Part shown: positions 1-8,760 of the stretch, in pieces
Layout: every line of letters begins with the position of its first letter
Numbering within the stretch: position 1 is the stretch's first letter
The notes under the pieces: generated by a model
Told to the model about the DNA's origin: nothing
What the model saw: only the letters and a program-made list of their open reading frames with translations
The model's database searches: none
Program-made: the position numbers and the translations under genes
DNA from: Nitrospirota bacterium
GTDB lineage: Bacteria; Nitrospirota; 9FT-COMBO-42-15; HDB-SIOI813
Reading direction: 5' to 3'
DNA: 64,000 nucleotides
Assembly (NCBI GenBank): GCA_016212215.1
Contig: JACRGV010000009.1
Coordinates: 63-64,062 of the forward strand

Positions 1-121
1 CACAAGTCTCAAGAGTATAACCTGATAATAATATGTGTAATATGAGTTACAAAATGCGTAATATTAAGAACTAACATCTTCAAAATTGCGTAATTAAGCT
101 AAGCTAAAGGTGGTATGATAA

Positions 122-1270
122 TTGCAGTTAAACATTAAAGGCATGCCAATACAACAGGTAAAACAGAGATTATTACAGGTTGCTTTTCTGGCAAAGATGG
201 GGTTTCGCCTTATTATCAGAAGACAGCTTACTGTAAAAAAGCTAATAAACCTATTCCAAAACATGTTTTACGGTGCACTGCGAATCCCGCGCACTACCGG
301 ATACCCATCCCTGATACAGGTGGACATTAATAATATCTGTAATCTGAAATGTACAGCCTGCCCGACAGGTTTAAGGGAACAGGCTACGCAAACAGGTCAG
401 ATGAACATATCTTCATTTAAAAATATGATTGATGAGGTAAAGGACCATGTTTTTTTGATTATTCTTTATAATTCCGGTGAACCATTTCTTCATCCGGATG
501 CCTTTGAGCTTATTCAATATGCAGTATCCAACGGAGTAGCTGTAATGACAAGTTCAAACGGGCATCTGATAAATTCTGATGAAAAGGCAGAACGGCTTGT
601 TAAGGCCGGACTTGATACTTTGATTATCTCTGTTTCAGGAACGACTCAGGATATTTATTCAAAGTATCATGTTGGAGGAGAGTGTGACACTGTATTTTCA
701 AATATTAAACGGATTGTTAATGCTAAAAATAGGCTTCACAGCGGAACTCCGAGGATAATTTTAAGGTATCTTGTTTTCGACCACAATTTGAAAGATACGA
801 GTAAAGTTAAGGGGTTGGCTAAGGAGCTGGGCGTTGATCAATACCATTTAAGGTTAGCTTGCAAAGAGCTTAAATTTGCTAACGATTCAGAAACCTCAGC
901 CGAAACAGGTTACACTGTTAATCATGATGATAATGGAAATACAAAAAATAAGAATCACTGTTACTGGCTCTGGATGCTTCCGGTTGTAAACTATGATGGG
1001 AATGTGATCCCATGCTGTCACATTAATCTTTCCCCGCCTGTACTTGGGAATGTCTTTAATGGGAGCTCCCTATCCGAAGTTTGGTCAGGTAAAAAATATT
1101 CAGATTTCAGAAGGAAGATACTGCATGCGAAGAATGATATTAATGCCTGCAGAAATTGTGTATCTTTCCCGGGCTTTCAGGATAAATTTAATGAACAACA
1201 GGAATTTGTTATACAACTTTCCAGATCACGAAAAAGGGAAAAGAAGAATATTGAGACCGCCAAATATTGA
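122..1270 (+). CDS. Radical SAM / SPASM-domain enzyme
   Basis: CNLKCTACP = CX3CX2C radical-SAM cluster motif near the N-terminus. C-terminal Cys-rich region (CCHINL...NACRNCVSF) is typical of SPASM/twitch domains. Start is uncertain; alternative ATGs at 143 and 197. Confidence 0.7.
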   Translation: MQLNIKGMPIQQVKQRLLQVAFLAKMGFRLIIRRQLTVKKLINLFQNMFYGALRIPRTTGYPSLIQVDINNICNLKCTACPTGLREQATQTGQMNISSFKNMIDEVKDHVFLIILYNSGEPFLHPDAFELIQYAVSNGVAVMTSSNGHLINSDEKAERLVKAGLDTLIISVSGTTQDIYSKYHVGGECDTVFSNIKRIVNAKNRLHSGTPRIILRYLVFDHNLKDTSKVKGLAKELGVDQYHLRLACKELKFANDSETSAETGYTVNHDDNGNTKNKNHCYWLWMLPVVNYDGNVIPCCHINLSPPVLGNVFNGSSLSEVWSGKKYSDFRRKILHAKNDINACRNCVSFPGFQDKFNEQQEFVIQLSRSRKREKKNIETAKY

Positions 1271-1286
1271 ATATGGAGGTAGTTAA

Positions 1287-3017
1287 TTGAAGATGATGTA
1301 CAGTGGAAAACCTAAGATATTTATAATAGGGATTGATGGAGGTACTTTTGATCTTATTGAGCCGTGGGTAAATGAAGGACTTCTTCCTAATTTTGCAAGA
1401 TTGATGAAAGAAGGCTATTGGGGAAATCTTGAATCCACAATGCCCCCGATAACTGCCCCTGCATGGACATCCTTTATGACAGGTAAAAATCCGGGCAAGC
1501 ATGGACTGTTCCATTTTATAGAACCCGAGCCTGGACGTTATGAGATGCGGTACACAAATGCACTTTCAAGAAGGGCAAAAACATTATGGGCGATTCTCAA
1601 TGAAGCGGGTTTGAGTACAGGTGTGTTTAATGTACCTATGACATATCCGCCTGAGAAGTTGAATGGTTACTGTATTTCCGGATTGGATGCACCGGAAGAA
1701 AGCAGCAGGATATTTTATCCGGAATCATTGTATAAAGAGTTACAAAAAACATTTAACCGCAAAAAACTCGGTTTTCTTGGTGTTCAGTTTTTGGGTGAAA
1801 CAAGGTCCGACAACAAGCGTGATCAGTTTATCAAACGTTCTATGGAGGTTGAGGACTTTAAGACAGATATGATACTCCACTTAATGGAGACACACCCTAC
1901 GGATGTTGTTATGATGGTATTTCGTGCAACTGATCATTTTCAGCATCTGTTTTGGCATTTTATGGATCCTGCTCACCCGCGTTTTGACGCTGTTGGAGCA
2001 ATAAAATATAACAATGCAATACTTAAAATTTATCAGAATGTGGATATGAATATACAACGAATATTATCTTCTCTTTCAGATGATACATCTGTTGTCATGC
2101 TGTCAGATCATGGGGCAGGTGCAACGCCGCAGCGTGTTTTTTATGTTAATAGATTCCTGCAGGAAATAGGAATGCTTCATCTCAAGGGCGGCAATAATAG
2201 AGATGCCGGTTTAATTAATTATGGTGTTAAAAAAATGGATAAGGTTCTTCGAACTTTTCTACCTTCAGATACAAAGGCAACGCTTGTGAATAATTTCCCT
2301 ACTCTGAGGAGGAAATGGGAAGAACGTTCTACTCTTTTTTCTTCTATAGACTGGTCAAAGACAAGGGCATATTGTCATGAAGTGTTAACCAACCCTTCGA
2401 ATATTTGTATAAATGTAAAAGGAAAGATGCCTGAGGGTATTGTAAATCCTGGGAAAGAATACAAAGAAATAATTGAAAATATACGTGAACAACTCTACTC
2501 TCTGAAAGAGCCAAGGAGCAATGAACAGGTTATAAAAAAGGTTTATACAAAAGAAGAACTCTACAATGGCCCTTATTTAGAAGAAGCTCCTGATCTTACT
2601 CTTGCATGGTGGGAGGAAAATTCCTTTGTAGGGAGACCAAGTTTCGGAGTAACTTGCAAAGGTTCAGTGGATTATGTGGAGGATAAAATATCCACTGGAA
2701 CTGAGTGGAGCGGCACCCACAAGATGAATGGGGTATTTCTTCTAAAAGGACCTGGATTTAAAAAAGATACAGGCAAATATAACGCAAGTATTATGGACCT
2801 GACTCCAACACTTTTATATAGAATGGGTGTTCCGGTACCGAGAGATATGGACGGCAGGGTCTTAAAAGAGGCTTTCACAGATGATTTTATATCGTCCAAT
2901 CCGGTTAAATACTCAGATAACAGCGGTTCTCAGTTTGAACAACAGGAAGTGACTTATGAAGATGATGAGGCTGAGATGGTGAAAGCCAGGCTCAGAGACC
3001 TTGGATATGTGCAGTAA
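1287..3017 (+). CDS. Alkaline-phosphatase-superfamily protein (type I phosphodiesterase / nucleotide pyrophosphatase-like)
   Basis: N-terminal 'IIGIDGGTFDLI...LPN...PPITAPAWTSFMTGKNPGKHG' metal-binding/Thr-nucleophile block and 'MLSDHGAG' block are typical of the PF01663-like AP superfamily. Tandem paralog of the next gene. Confidence 0.65.
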   Translation: MKMMYSGKPKIFIIGIDGGTFDLIEPWVNEGLLPNFARLMKEGYWGNLESTMPPITAPAWTSFMTGKNPGKHGLFHFIEPEPGRYEMRYTNALSRRAKTLWAILNEAGLSTGVFNVPMTYPPEKLNGYCISGLDAPEESSRIFYPESLYKELQKTFNRKKLGFLGVQFLGETRSDNKRDQFIKRSMEVEDFKTDMILHLMETHPTDVVMMVFRATDHFQHLFWHFMDPAHPRFDAVGAIKYNNAILKIYQNVDMNIQRILSSLSDDTSVVMLSDHGAGATPQRVFYVNRFLQEIGMLHLKGGNNRDAGLINYGVKKMDKVLRTFLPSDTKATLVNNFPTLRRKWEERSTLFSSIDWSKTRAYCHEVLTNPSNICINVKGKMPEGIVNPGKEYKEIIENIREQLYSLKEPRSNEQVIKKVYTKEELYNGPYLEEAPDLTLAWWEENSFVGRPSFGVTCKGSVDYVEDKISTGTEWSGTHKMNGVFLLKGPGFKKDTGKYNASIMDLTPTLLYRMGVPVPRDMDGRVLKEAFTDDFISSNPVKYSDNSGSQFEQQEVTYEDDEAEMVKARLRDLGYVQ

Positions 3018-3039
3018 AATTGTGTAGAGACAGGGTACA

Positions 3040-3107
3040 TGGTTTTATTCCCCCTCCCTTGACTGGAGGGGGTTAGGGGGAGGGTGAGCTATGGAGATTT
3101 TCGGATG
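3040..3107. repeat. GC-rich palindromic mosaic repeat unit (REP/BIME-like)
   Basis: 'ccccctcccttgactggagggggttagggggagggtgagctatggagattttcggatgaa'. Hairpin plus the terminal ATG module that supplies the start of gene 3105. Confidence 0.8.
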
Positions 3108-4811
3108 AATAAGTTACTAATCATTGGCCTTGATGGCGGTACATTCGATTTAATAAAGCCCTGGGCAGGGAATGGGAAACTTCCCAATCTTTCGAGATTA
3201 TTAAATGAAGGCGTACATGCAAGGTTGAACAGCACTATCCCTCCGATGACATTTCCTGCATGGAATACATTTATGACAGGAAAGAATCCCGGGAAACATG
3301 GTGTTTATGATTTTACAGAGCGTAAACAGGGGAGCTATGAGGTACAGTTTGTAAATGGAGGGATGAGAAGAAGCAAGACCATCTGGCAGATTATGAATGA
3401 AGCAGGTAAGAATGTCGGTATAATGGCAGTACCTGCAACTTATCCGCCGGAAGAGGTCAAACATTTTATGATCAGCGGGTTTGATACTCCTGGTATGACA
3501 TCCCCTAAAGGCAAAGCCACATCAATGTATCCTCAGGAACTATTTGAGGAGTTAAACAAAGAGGTTGGGGAATATGTTGTTACATCAAATGTTCACGGAG
3601 ATATTGCAAAGGGTAACCTGGATATTGCAGAACAAAAAATCCTTGCAACAATTGAGAGAAAGGCGGCAAATGCCAAATATCTTTATAAGAAATATCAGCC
3701 CAACTGTTTCATGATTGTTTTTGGTGAGACAGATTTAGTGAGCCACAGTTTCTGGCATTTCTATGACCCTCGTTCTCCTCTTCATAATAAAGGTGAAGGT
3801 AGAAAATACAAGGATACTATACTTCATATTTATGAGAAGGTGGATGAAAAGATCGGCGAACTCTTATCCATGTCTTCAAAAGATACCGTGGTTATGATTA
3901 TGTCGGACCATGGATTTGGAGGGAGCGGGAATAAGGCAGTTTATCTTAACAATTGGCTGGCAGAAAATGGATTACTTGCTTTCAGGGATACGTCTTATTC
4001 ATCAATGAAAAATGACCTGCTTCAGGGGGTTAAACGTGCAGGGATAAAGTTCGTTCCGGCCAAATTAAAGGGGATATTGATGCGCAGTAACTCAGTAAAA
4101 TTTGTCAACAAGCTCGAATCCTCTTTAAGATTTTCACAAATAGAATGGTCCGGGACAATGGCATTTTCAGAAGAGACCCCTCATTTTCCTTCAATATGGG
4201 TAAATGTGAGAGGAAGGGACCCTGAAGGGATAGTAGCGCCGGGTGCAGAATATGAGAAAGTAAGAGATGAGATTATTCAGAAACTTTATAGTTTTAAAGA
4301 TCCGTATACATGTCAGCCTGTAGTCAATAAGGCATATCGCAGGGAAGAGGTTTATAAAGGGAATTATACTCAAAAGTCCCCGGATATTGTGATTGATTGG
4401 GCACTGACTGAAGGCTATACCTATCTCAGTGAACAGAGTAAGCCGAACAAGTTCAATGAATCTATAAGAAAACTAAGCCCATCGGAAGTTCATACTGCGA
4501 GGTTCGGGAGCCACCGTCAGCATGGCATCTTTATACTGCACGGAGGTCCGATTAAAAGAAACTTAGAGATTACAAATGCTAATATTGCAGACCTTGCCCC
4601 CACTGCCCTCTATTTACTTGACATCCCTGTGCCTGATGATATGGATGGGGTTGTCCTGAAGGATGCCATCAAAAAGGATTATATAACAGATCATCCATTG
4701 AAAATTGTAAACAACACCGGCGATTCTAACATTGAAAAAGATCCTGCAGGATATTCACAGGATGAAGAAGATGCAGTCAGGGATCGTCTTGCTGATATGG
4801 GTTACATATAA
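3105..4811 (+). CDS. Alkaline-phosphatase-superfamily protein, paralog of 1287-3017
   Basis: Same conserved blocks (LIIGLDGGTFDLI, PPMTFPAWNTFMTGKNPGKHG, MSDHGFG). The ORF track starts at GTG 3084 inside a repeat unit. ATG 3105 (MNKLLIIGLDGG) aligns with the paralog's N-terminus. Confidence 0.65.
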   Translation: MNKLLIIGLDGGTFDLIKPWAGNGKLPNLSRLLNEGVHARLNSTIPPMTFPAWNTFMTGKNPGKHGVYDFTERKQGSYEVQFVNGGMRRSKTIWQIMNEAGKNVGIMAVPATYPPEEVKHFMISGFDTPGMTSPKGKATSMYPQELFEELNKEVGEYVVTSNVHGDIAKGNLDIAEQKILATIERKAANAKYLYKKYQPNCFMIVFGETDLVSHSFWHFYDPRSPLHNKGEGRKYKDTILHIYEKVDEKIGELLSMSSKDTVVMIMSDHGFGGSGNKAVYLNNWLAENGLLAFRDTSYSSMKNDLLQGVKRAGIKFVPAKLKGILMRSNSVKFVNKLESSLRFSQIEWSGTMAFSEETPHFPSIWVNVRGRDPEGIVAPGAEYEKVRDEIIQKLYSFKDPYTCQPVVNKAYRREEVYKGNYTQKSPDIVIDWALTEGYTYLSEQSKPNKFNESIRKLSPSEVHTARFGSHRQHGIFILHGGPIKRNLEITNANIADLAPTALYLLDIPVPDDMDGVVLKDAIKKDYITDHPLKIVNNTGDSNIEKDPAGYSQDEEDAVRDRLADMGYI

Positions 4812-4916
4812 AAATGAGGTCTGCTGAGTGCATGGTGAAGTGGAAAAAGTCATAAAGGCCGTCCGATTAAACCCTCAAATCCTTGTTCACTTGAATATTA
4901 TTAAAGAGGTGCTCTA

Positions 4917-6269
4917 ATGAAGAATGGTCTCTCAGTTGCTATGGTTGTTGCATCCCCTTTTCCTGCCAATCATGGTACCCCCGGCAGTATAAAAGAGATG
5001 GTGGATGCCCTAATGAAACTTGGACATAATATCCATCTTGTCACATATCATCAGGGTGAAAAGGATATTAATATTGATGGAGTGAATATCCACCGGATAC
5101 CATTTCCAGGATTCAGCAGAAATATAAAGGTAGGGCCTACTTTTGATAAACCATTCCTTGATATTTTACTTGCCCATAAACTTTTACAGGTGGTCAGGAG
5201 CGAGAATATAGACCTGGTACATGCACATAATTATGAAGGACTTCTTTCTGCTGTTGTTGCAAGACCGTTTATTAAGAAACCGGTAATTTACCATGCTATT
5301 AATACAATGAGCGATGAATTGCCGTCCTACAATTTTATCCGCCCTAAGGTACTGGCTGTGGCACTTGCAAGGATGCTTGATAAAAGTGTTCCGGTCAGGG
5401 CAGATCATCTGATTGCTATCTCTTCAGAGTTAAAGGATTTCCTGGTTAACGAAGGTGTGCGTAAAGAGAAGATTAGCAGAATACCGCTCGGTGTTAACGG
5501 CGGAATATTCCTTAGGGGTAACAGACAGCAGATCAGAGATATGTACGGCATCGGCAGCAGGCCTCTCGTACTCTATACAGGACTGCTTAACTCATTTCAA
5601 CGGCTTGATTACCTTGTGATTGCTATGAAACGTGTTGTTTCTCAGATTCCTGACGCTCTCCTGATGATTGTCCCGAATCTTCTTAATGGAAAGGAGTTGC
5701 AGGTACTAAACGATTTAATAGACCGGAACGGACTGGGAAAAAATGTTATAATTACTGACCGTGTCTCTTTCACAGAAATACCTGATTATCTTGCAGCAGC
5801 AGATGTTACAGCATTGCCGAGGCCTAATACACCCGGTTTTCCTGTAAAATTGCTGAATTATATGGCCGCAGGAAAAGCCATTGTATGTTTTACCGGTTCA
5901 GCAAAAGGATTAATAAACAGGGAGAGCGCCATAGTAGTAGATGACCACGATAGTAATGCTTTTGGAGAAGGGATTACTATCCTGCTGAAGGATAATGAAC
6001 TTCGCGAGTATGTAGCACGGGGGGCGAGAGCACTCTTTTTCCGTGAATTTGACTGGAAAAATGTGGCAAAAAAGATTGACGGATTATATAATTATGTACT
6101 CACAAAGAAGGTTCCTGTAGACTTAAAAGATGCTATAAGCTATTATGACAGGAGAGATAATGGGCATAATGGTGAATCCAACATTACCCAAAATAGAAAC
6201 GGCGACAGGAGAAAGTATCTTAAAAATATTGATTTTCCTGAACGGAGGAGGATAATACTTTTTGATTAA
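4917..6269 (+). CDS. Glycosyltransferase family 4 (group 1) with C-terminal extension
   Basis: GT4-like fold blocks (VASPFPANHGTPGS ... E(x7)E-like region 'NSFQRLDYL...PRPNTPGFPVKLLNYMAAGKAIV'). About 70 aa extension beyond the typical GT4 length. Confidence 0.65.
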   Translation: MKNGLSVAMVVASPFPANHGTPGSIKEMVDALMKLGHNIHLVTYHQGEKDINIDGVNIHRIPFPGFSRNIKVGPTFDKPFLDILLAHKLLQVVRSENIDLVHAHNYEGLLSAVVARPFIKKPVIYHAINTMSDELPSYNFIRPKVLAVALARMLDKSVPVRADHLIAISSELKDFLVNEGVRKEKISRIPLGVNGGIFLRGNRQQIRDMYGIGSRPLVLYTGLLNSFQRLDYLVIAMKRVVSQIPDALLMIVPNLLNGKELQVLNDLIDRNGLGKNVIITDRVSFTEIPDYLAAADVTALPRPNTPGFPVKLLNYMAAGKAIVCFTGSAKGLINRESAIVVDDHDSNAFGEGITILLKDNELREYVARGARALFFREFDWKNVAKKIDGLYNYVLTKKVPVDLKDAISYYDRRDNGHNGESNITQNRNGDRRKYLKNIDFPERRRIILFD

Positions 6270-6283
6270 TCTGAGGTGTATTA

Positions 6284-7420
6284 ATGCGCAGTAAATGGTG
6301 GATTGCCGGAGGGATATTTGTTGCGGCAATACTTTTAATTTTATTTGTTATAATCCCTGTAGGTAAACGTAAGATTACAACTGATCCAAAGATGTCCAGA
6401 ACGGTGCTTGGAAAGGTCCCTGTTGAGGTCGTTTCTGTTAAAGATTATAATATTGAGGATATAATCGGTGCAAGCGGTGAGATCAGGGAAATATCTACCA
6501 TACATCTTTCTTCAAAGGTTTCTGCAAGGGTAAGAGGCGTATATGTAGACCTCGGAAGTATGGTAAAGACAGATCAGGTACTCCTTGATTTTGACACTAC
6601 TCTTATAGAAGCAGGTCTTTTAAGCGCAAGAGATTTCGTAGGTAAGACTAAAATGGATCTTGATAACAAAAAGACCTTTCTTAGCAGAATCAGGGCATTA
6701 TATGAAAAAGGTATTGTGGCGCTTGCGGAACTGGAGAGTGCAGAAAGTGATTATAAAGATGCTATTTACAATCATAGTGATGCACTATTTAAACTGCAGA
6801 AAGCTGAATCAGACCGCAGTAATGCAAAAGTAACTGCACCTGTGGCAGGTGTCATTATGGAACGTGCAATTAATCCTGGTGAAGTACCTGCTGCTAATCA
6901 AAGCCTTTTTACCATTGGACGTATTGACAATGTATTATTGGCTGCCAGGGTTTCACAGGACCGTGTAGGTGACATTTATAATGGACAGGAGGCAGAGGTC
7001 ACATTTGATGCTTATCCTAATTTGATTTTAAAGGGGGTAATTGTAAAGATAGATCCTATGAGTGATTCCAAGACCAGGACATTTTCAGCCTTTGTAAAAT
7101 TGAATAACCCGGGTCTTAAGTTAAAGCCGGGGCTGAGCGGTTTTGCAAGGATTAAGAAATCCATTAAAGGACTCGCTATACCGAGTATTGCTATTATTGC
7201 GCCTGTCGGTTCAGGAGAGGCAACAGTTTTTGTTGTAGATAAAGAATATGTTGTACATCTTAAAAGGGTAAGTCCCGGCGTTAGTTCCAATGGTATGACA
7301 GAGATACTCGGCGGTCTGCAAACAGGAGATACAGTTGTAACAGTTGGACAGCTTAATCTCAGAGATGGAGACAAGGTATCGCTGGATACAAAAAAAACAC
7401 TTTCAATAAGTCGAAAATGA
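6284..7420 (+). CDS. HlyD-family periplasmic adaptor (membrane fusion protein)
   Basis: N-terminal TM anchor, coiled-coil central region, beta-barrel/lipoyl-like ends (VTAPVAGVI..., GLKLKPGLSGFARI). Confidence 0.7.
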   Translation: MRSKWWIAGGIFVAAILLILFVIIPVGKRKITTDPKMSRTVLGKVPVEVVSVKDYNIEDIIGASGEIREISTIHLSSKVSARVRGVYVDLGSMVKTDQVLLDFDTTLIEAGLLSARDFVGKTKMDLDNKKTFLSRIRALYEKGIVALAELESAESDYKDAIYNHSDALFKLQKAESDRSNAKVTAPVAGVIMERAINPGEVPAANQSLFTIGRIDNVLLAARVSQDRVGDIYNGQEAEVTFDAYPNLILKGVIVKIDPMSDSKTRTFSAFVKLNNPGLKLKPGLSGFARIKKSIKGLAIPSIAIIAPVGSGEATVFVVDKEYVVHLKRVSPGVSSNGMTEILGGLQTGDTVVTVGQLNLRDGDKVSLDTKKTLSISRK

Positions 7421-8751
7421 GATTCCTGAAGATAATAATTTTCTTCTTAATCCTCTTTCATTCCTCTTATGCCTTCCCGATTACATGTAATATTGAAGGT
7501 TATATAGAATTTGCACTTGAACATAATCCACAACTCAGGATAGAAAAGACAAGGGAGCATTATGCTGAGGGAGATTATGCTATACATGAGGCAGAGCAGA
7601 GACTTAGACTGAACTGGAAAGGAGAATTAGGGTATCTCAATGGTAAGCCTCCTTCCCCTTATTCACTGGTATCAGGCAGAACAGAAGATTCAATTAAAGT
7701 CAACGGTACGGATGGGTCATATTATAATACCGGTATTAGTTTAAACTTACCTCTTTATCAAAACGGGACATGGCTCGGTAAGGAATCTCCCTTAATCTCC
7801 GGCGCAAAATACAGGGTCGAAGAGTCTAAATATAAATACAATGTCATGGAAGAAGATATCCTCTATCGTGTAACAGGGCTTTACTATTCTGCCCTGAAGA
7901 TTATGGAAGATATAAAAGTACAGGAGCTTCGCGATAAGGAATATGAAAGAGAATATAAGGCTAGGGAGGCAAGATTGCAGTTAGGCTTAATCACTCAAAG
8001 TGAGTTGTTTGATCTTGAGAGCAAATGGGTTGCAGCGGACCATGACCTCTTTCGTTCACGTCAGGCATTATCACTTCTGAAAAAAGAGCTTGCTTCTGTC
8101 ATAGGTATTGATATGAATGAAGAAGTCATAATTGAACCGCCGTCAGATCTTATTCCTGACAGACCATCTCTGGAATCTCTGATAACTATTTCAGCAGAAA
8201 ATCATCCGGCTATAAAATCTGTCCGGAGCTTTATTAAGCAAATAGAATCCGAGCTTGATCTTGTGAGAAAAGCAAAACAGCCGGTGCTTGATTTAAATAT
8301 GTCTTACTCTCTTGGAGATGACTTTGGCCCGCCTATACATACCTACTGGACTACCTCGCTCAATGCAAGTGTGCCGCTCTTTGATTCCGGGTTAACAAGG
8401 GCAAAAGAGATGTCAGTGCAGTCAAAACTTAATGAAGCTCAGTTATTGTTACTACAACTCAGCAGGGAGACGATTCTTAATATCAACCGTCTGTATGGGA
8501 ATATACTTGAAGTAGAAGACCGCATTTCCTATCTGGAAAAGGATATTGTTGTCGCAAGGCAGTCTCTTACACTTACTCAGGAAAGGGTTAAGGAACATCT
8601 TTCTCCTGAAAGCATAGTTCATGAGGCTGAACTCACTCTGGCAGAGAAAGAGAAACTCCTTGTTCAGGCACGATATGACTGGAGAATTGCCTTCAGTGAG
8701 TTAAGGAAAGAGGTTGGAGGTATGACAGCACCGGCCCGGTATAAGGAATAG
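7417..8751 (+). CDS. TolC-like outer membrane efflux protein
   Basis: Signal peptide, two repeated alpha-helical/coiled-coil halves typical of outer-membrane factors. Start overlaps the HlyD gene stop (ATGA), suggesting coupling. Confidence 0.6.
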   Translation: MRFLKIIIFFLILFHSSYAFPITCNIEGYIEFALEHNPQLRIEKTREHYAEGDYAIHEAEQRLRLNWKGELGYLNGKPPSPYSLVSGRTEDSIKVNGTDGSYYNTGISLNLPLYQNGTWLGKESPLISGAKYRVEESKYKYNVMEEDILYRVTGLYYSALKIMEDIKVQELRDKEYEREYKAREARLQLGLITQSELFDLESKWVAADHDLFRSRQALSLLKKELASVIGIDMNEEVIIEPPSDLIPDRPSLESLITISAENHPAIKSVRSFIKQIESELDLVRKAKQPVLDLNMSYSLGDDFGPPIHTYWTTSLNASVPLFDSGLTRAKEMSVQSKLNEAQLLLLQLSRETILNINRLYGNILEVEDRISYLEKDIVVARQSLTLTQERVKEHLSPESIVHEAELTLAEKEKLLVQARYDWRIAFSELRKEVGGMTAPARYKE

Positions 8752-8760
8752 TAATAATAT

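Noticed and set aside
1-121. 13-aa ORF (MCNMSYKMRNIKN) upstream of the radical-SAM gene as a possible precursor peptide
   Set aside because: It is too short, without a Cys/Gly-rich core or leader features. The true upstream region is cut by the window edge.
3084-3104. GTG-initiated N-terminal extensions (3084 for the AP paralog, 47067 for queA)
   Set aside because: The GTG lies in the repeat unit 'gGTGagctatgg'. An ATG a few codons downstream aligns with paralog and ortholog N-termini.
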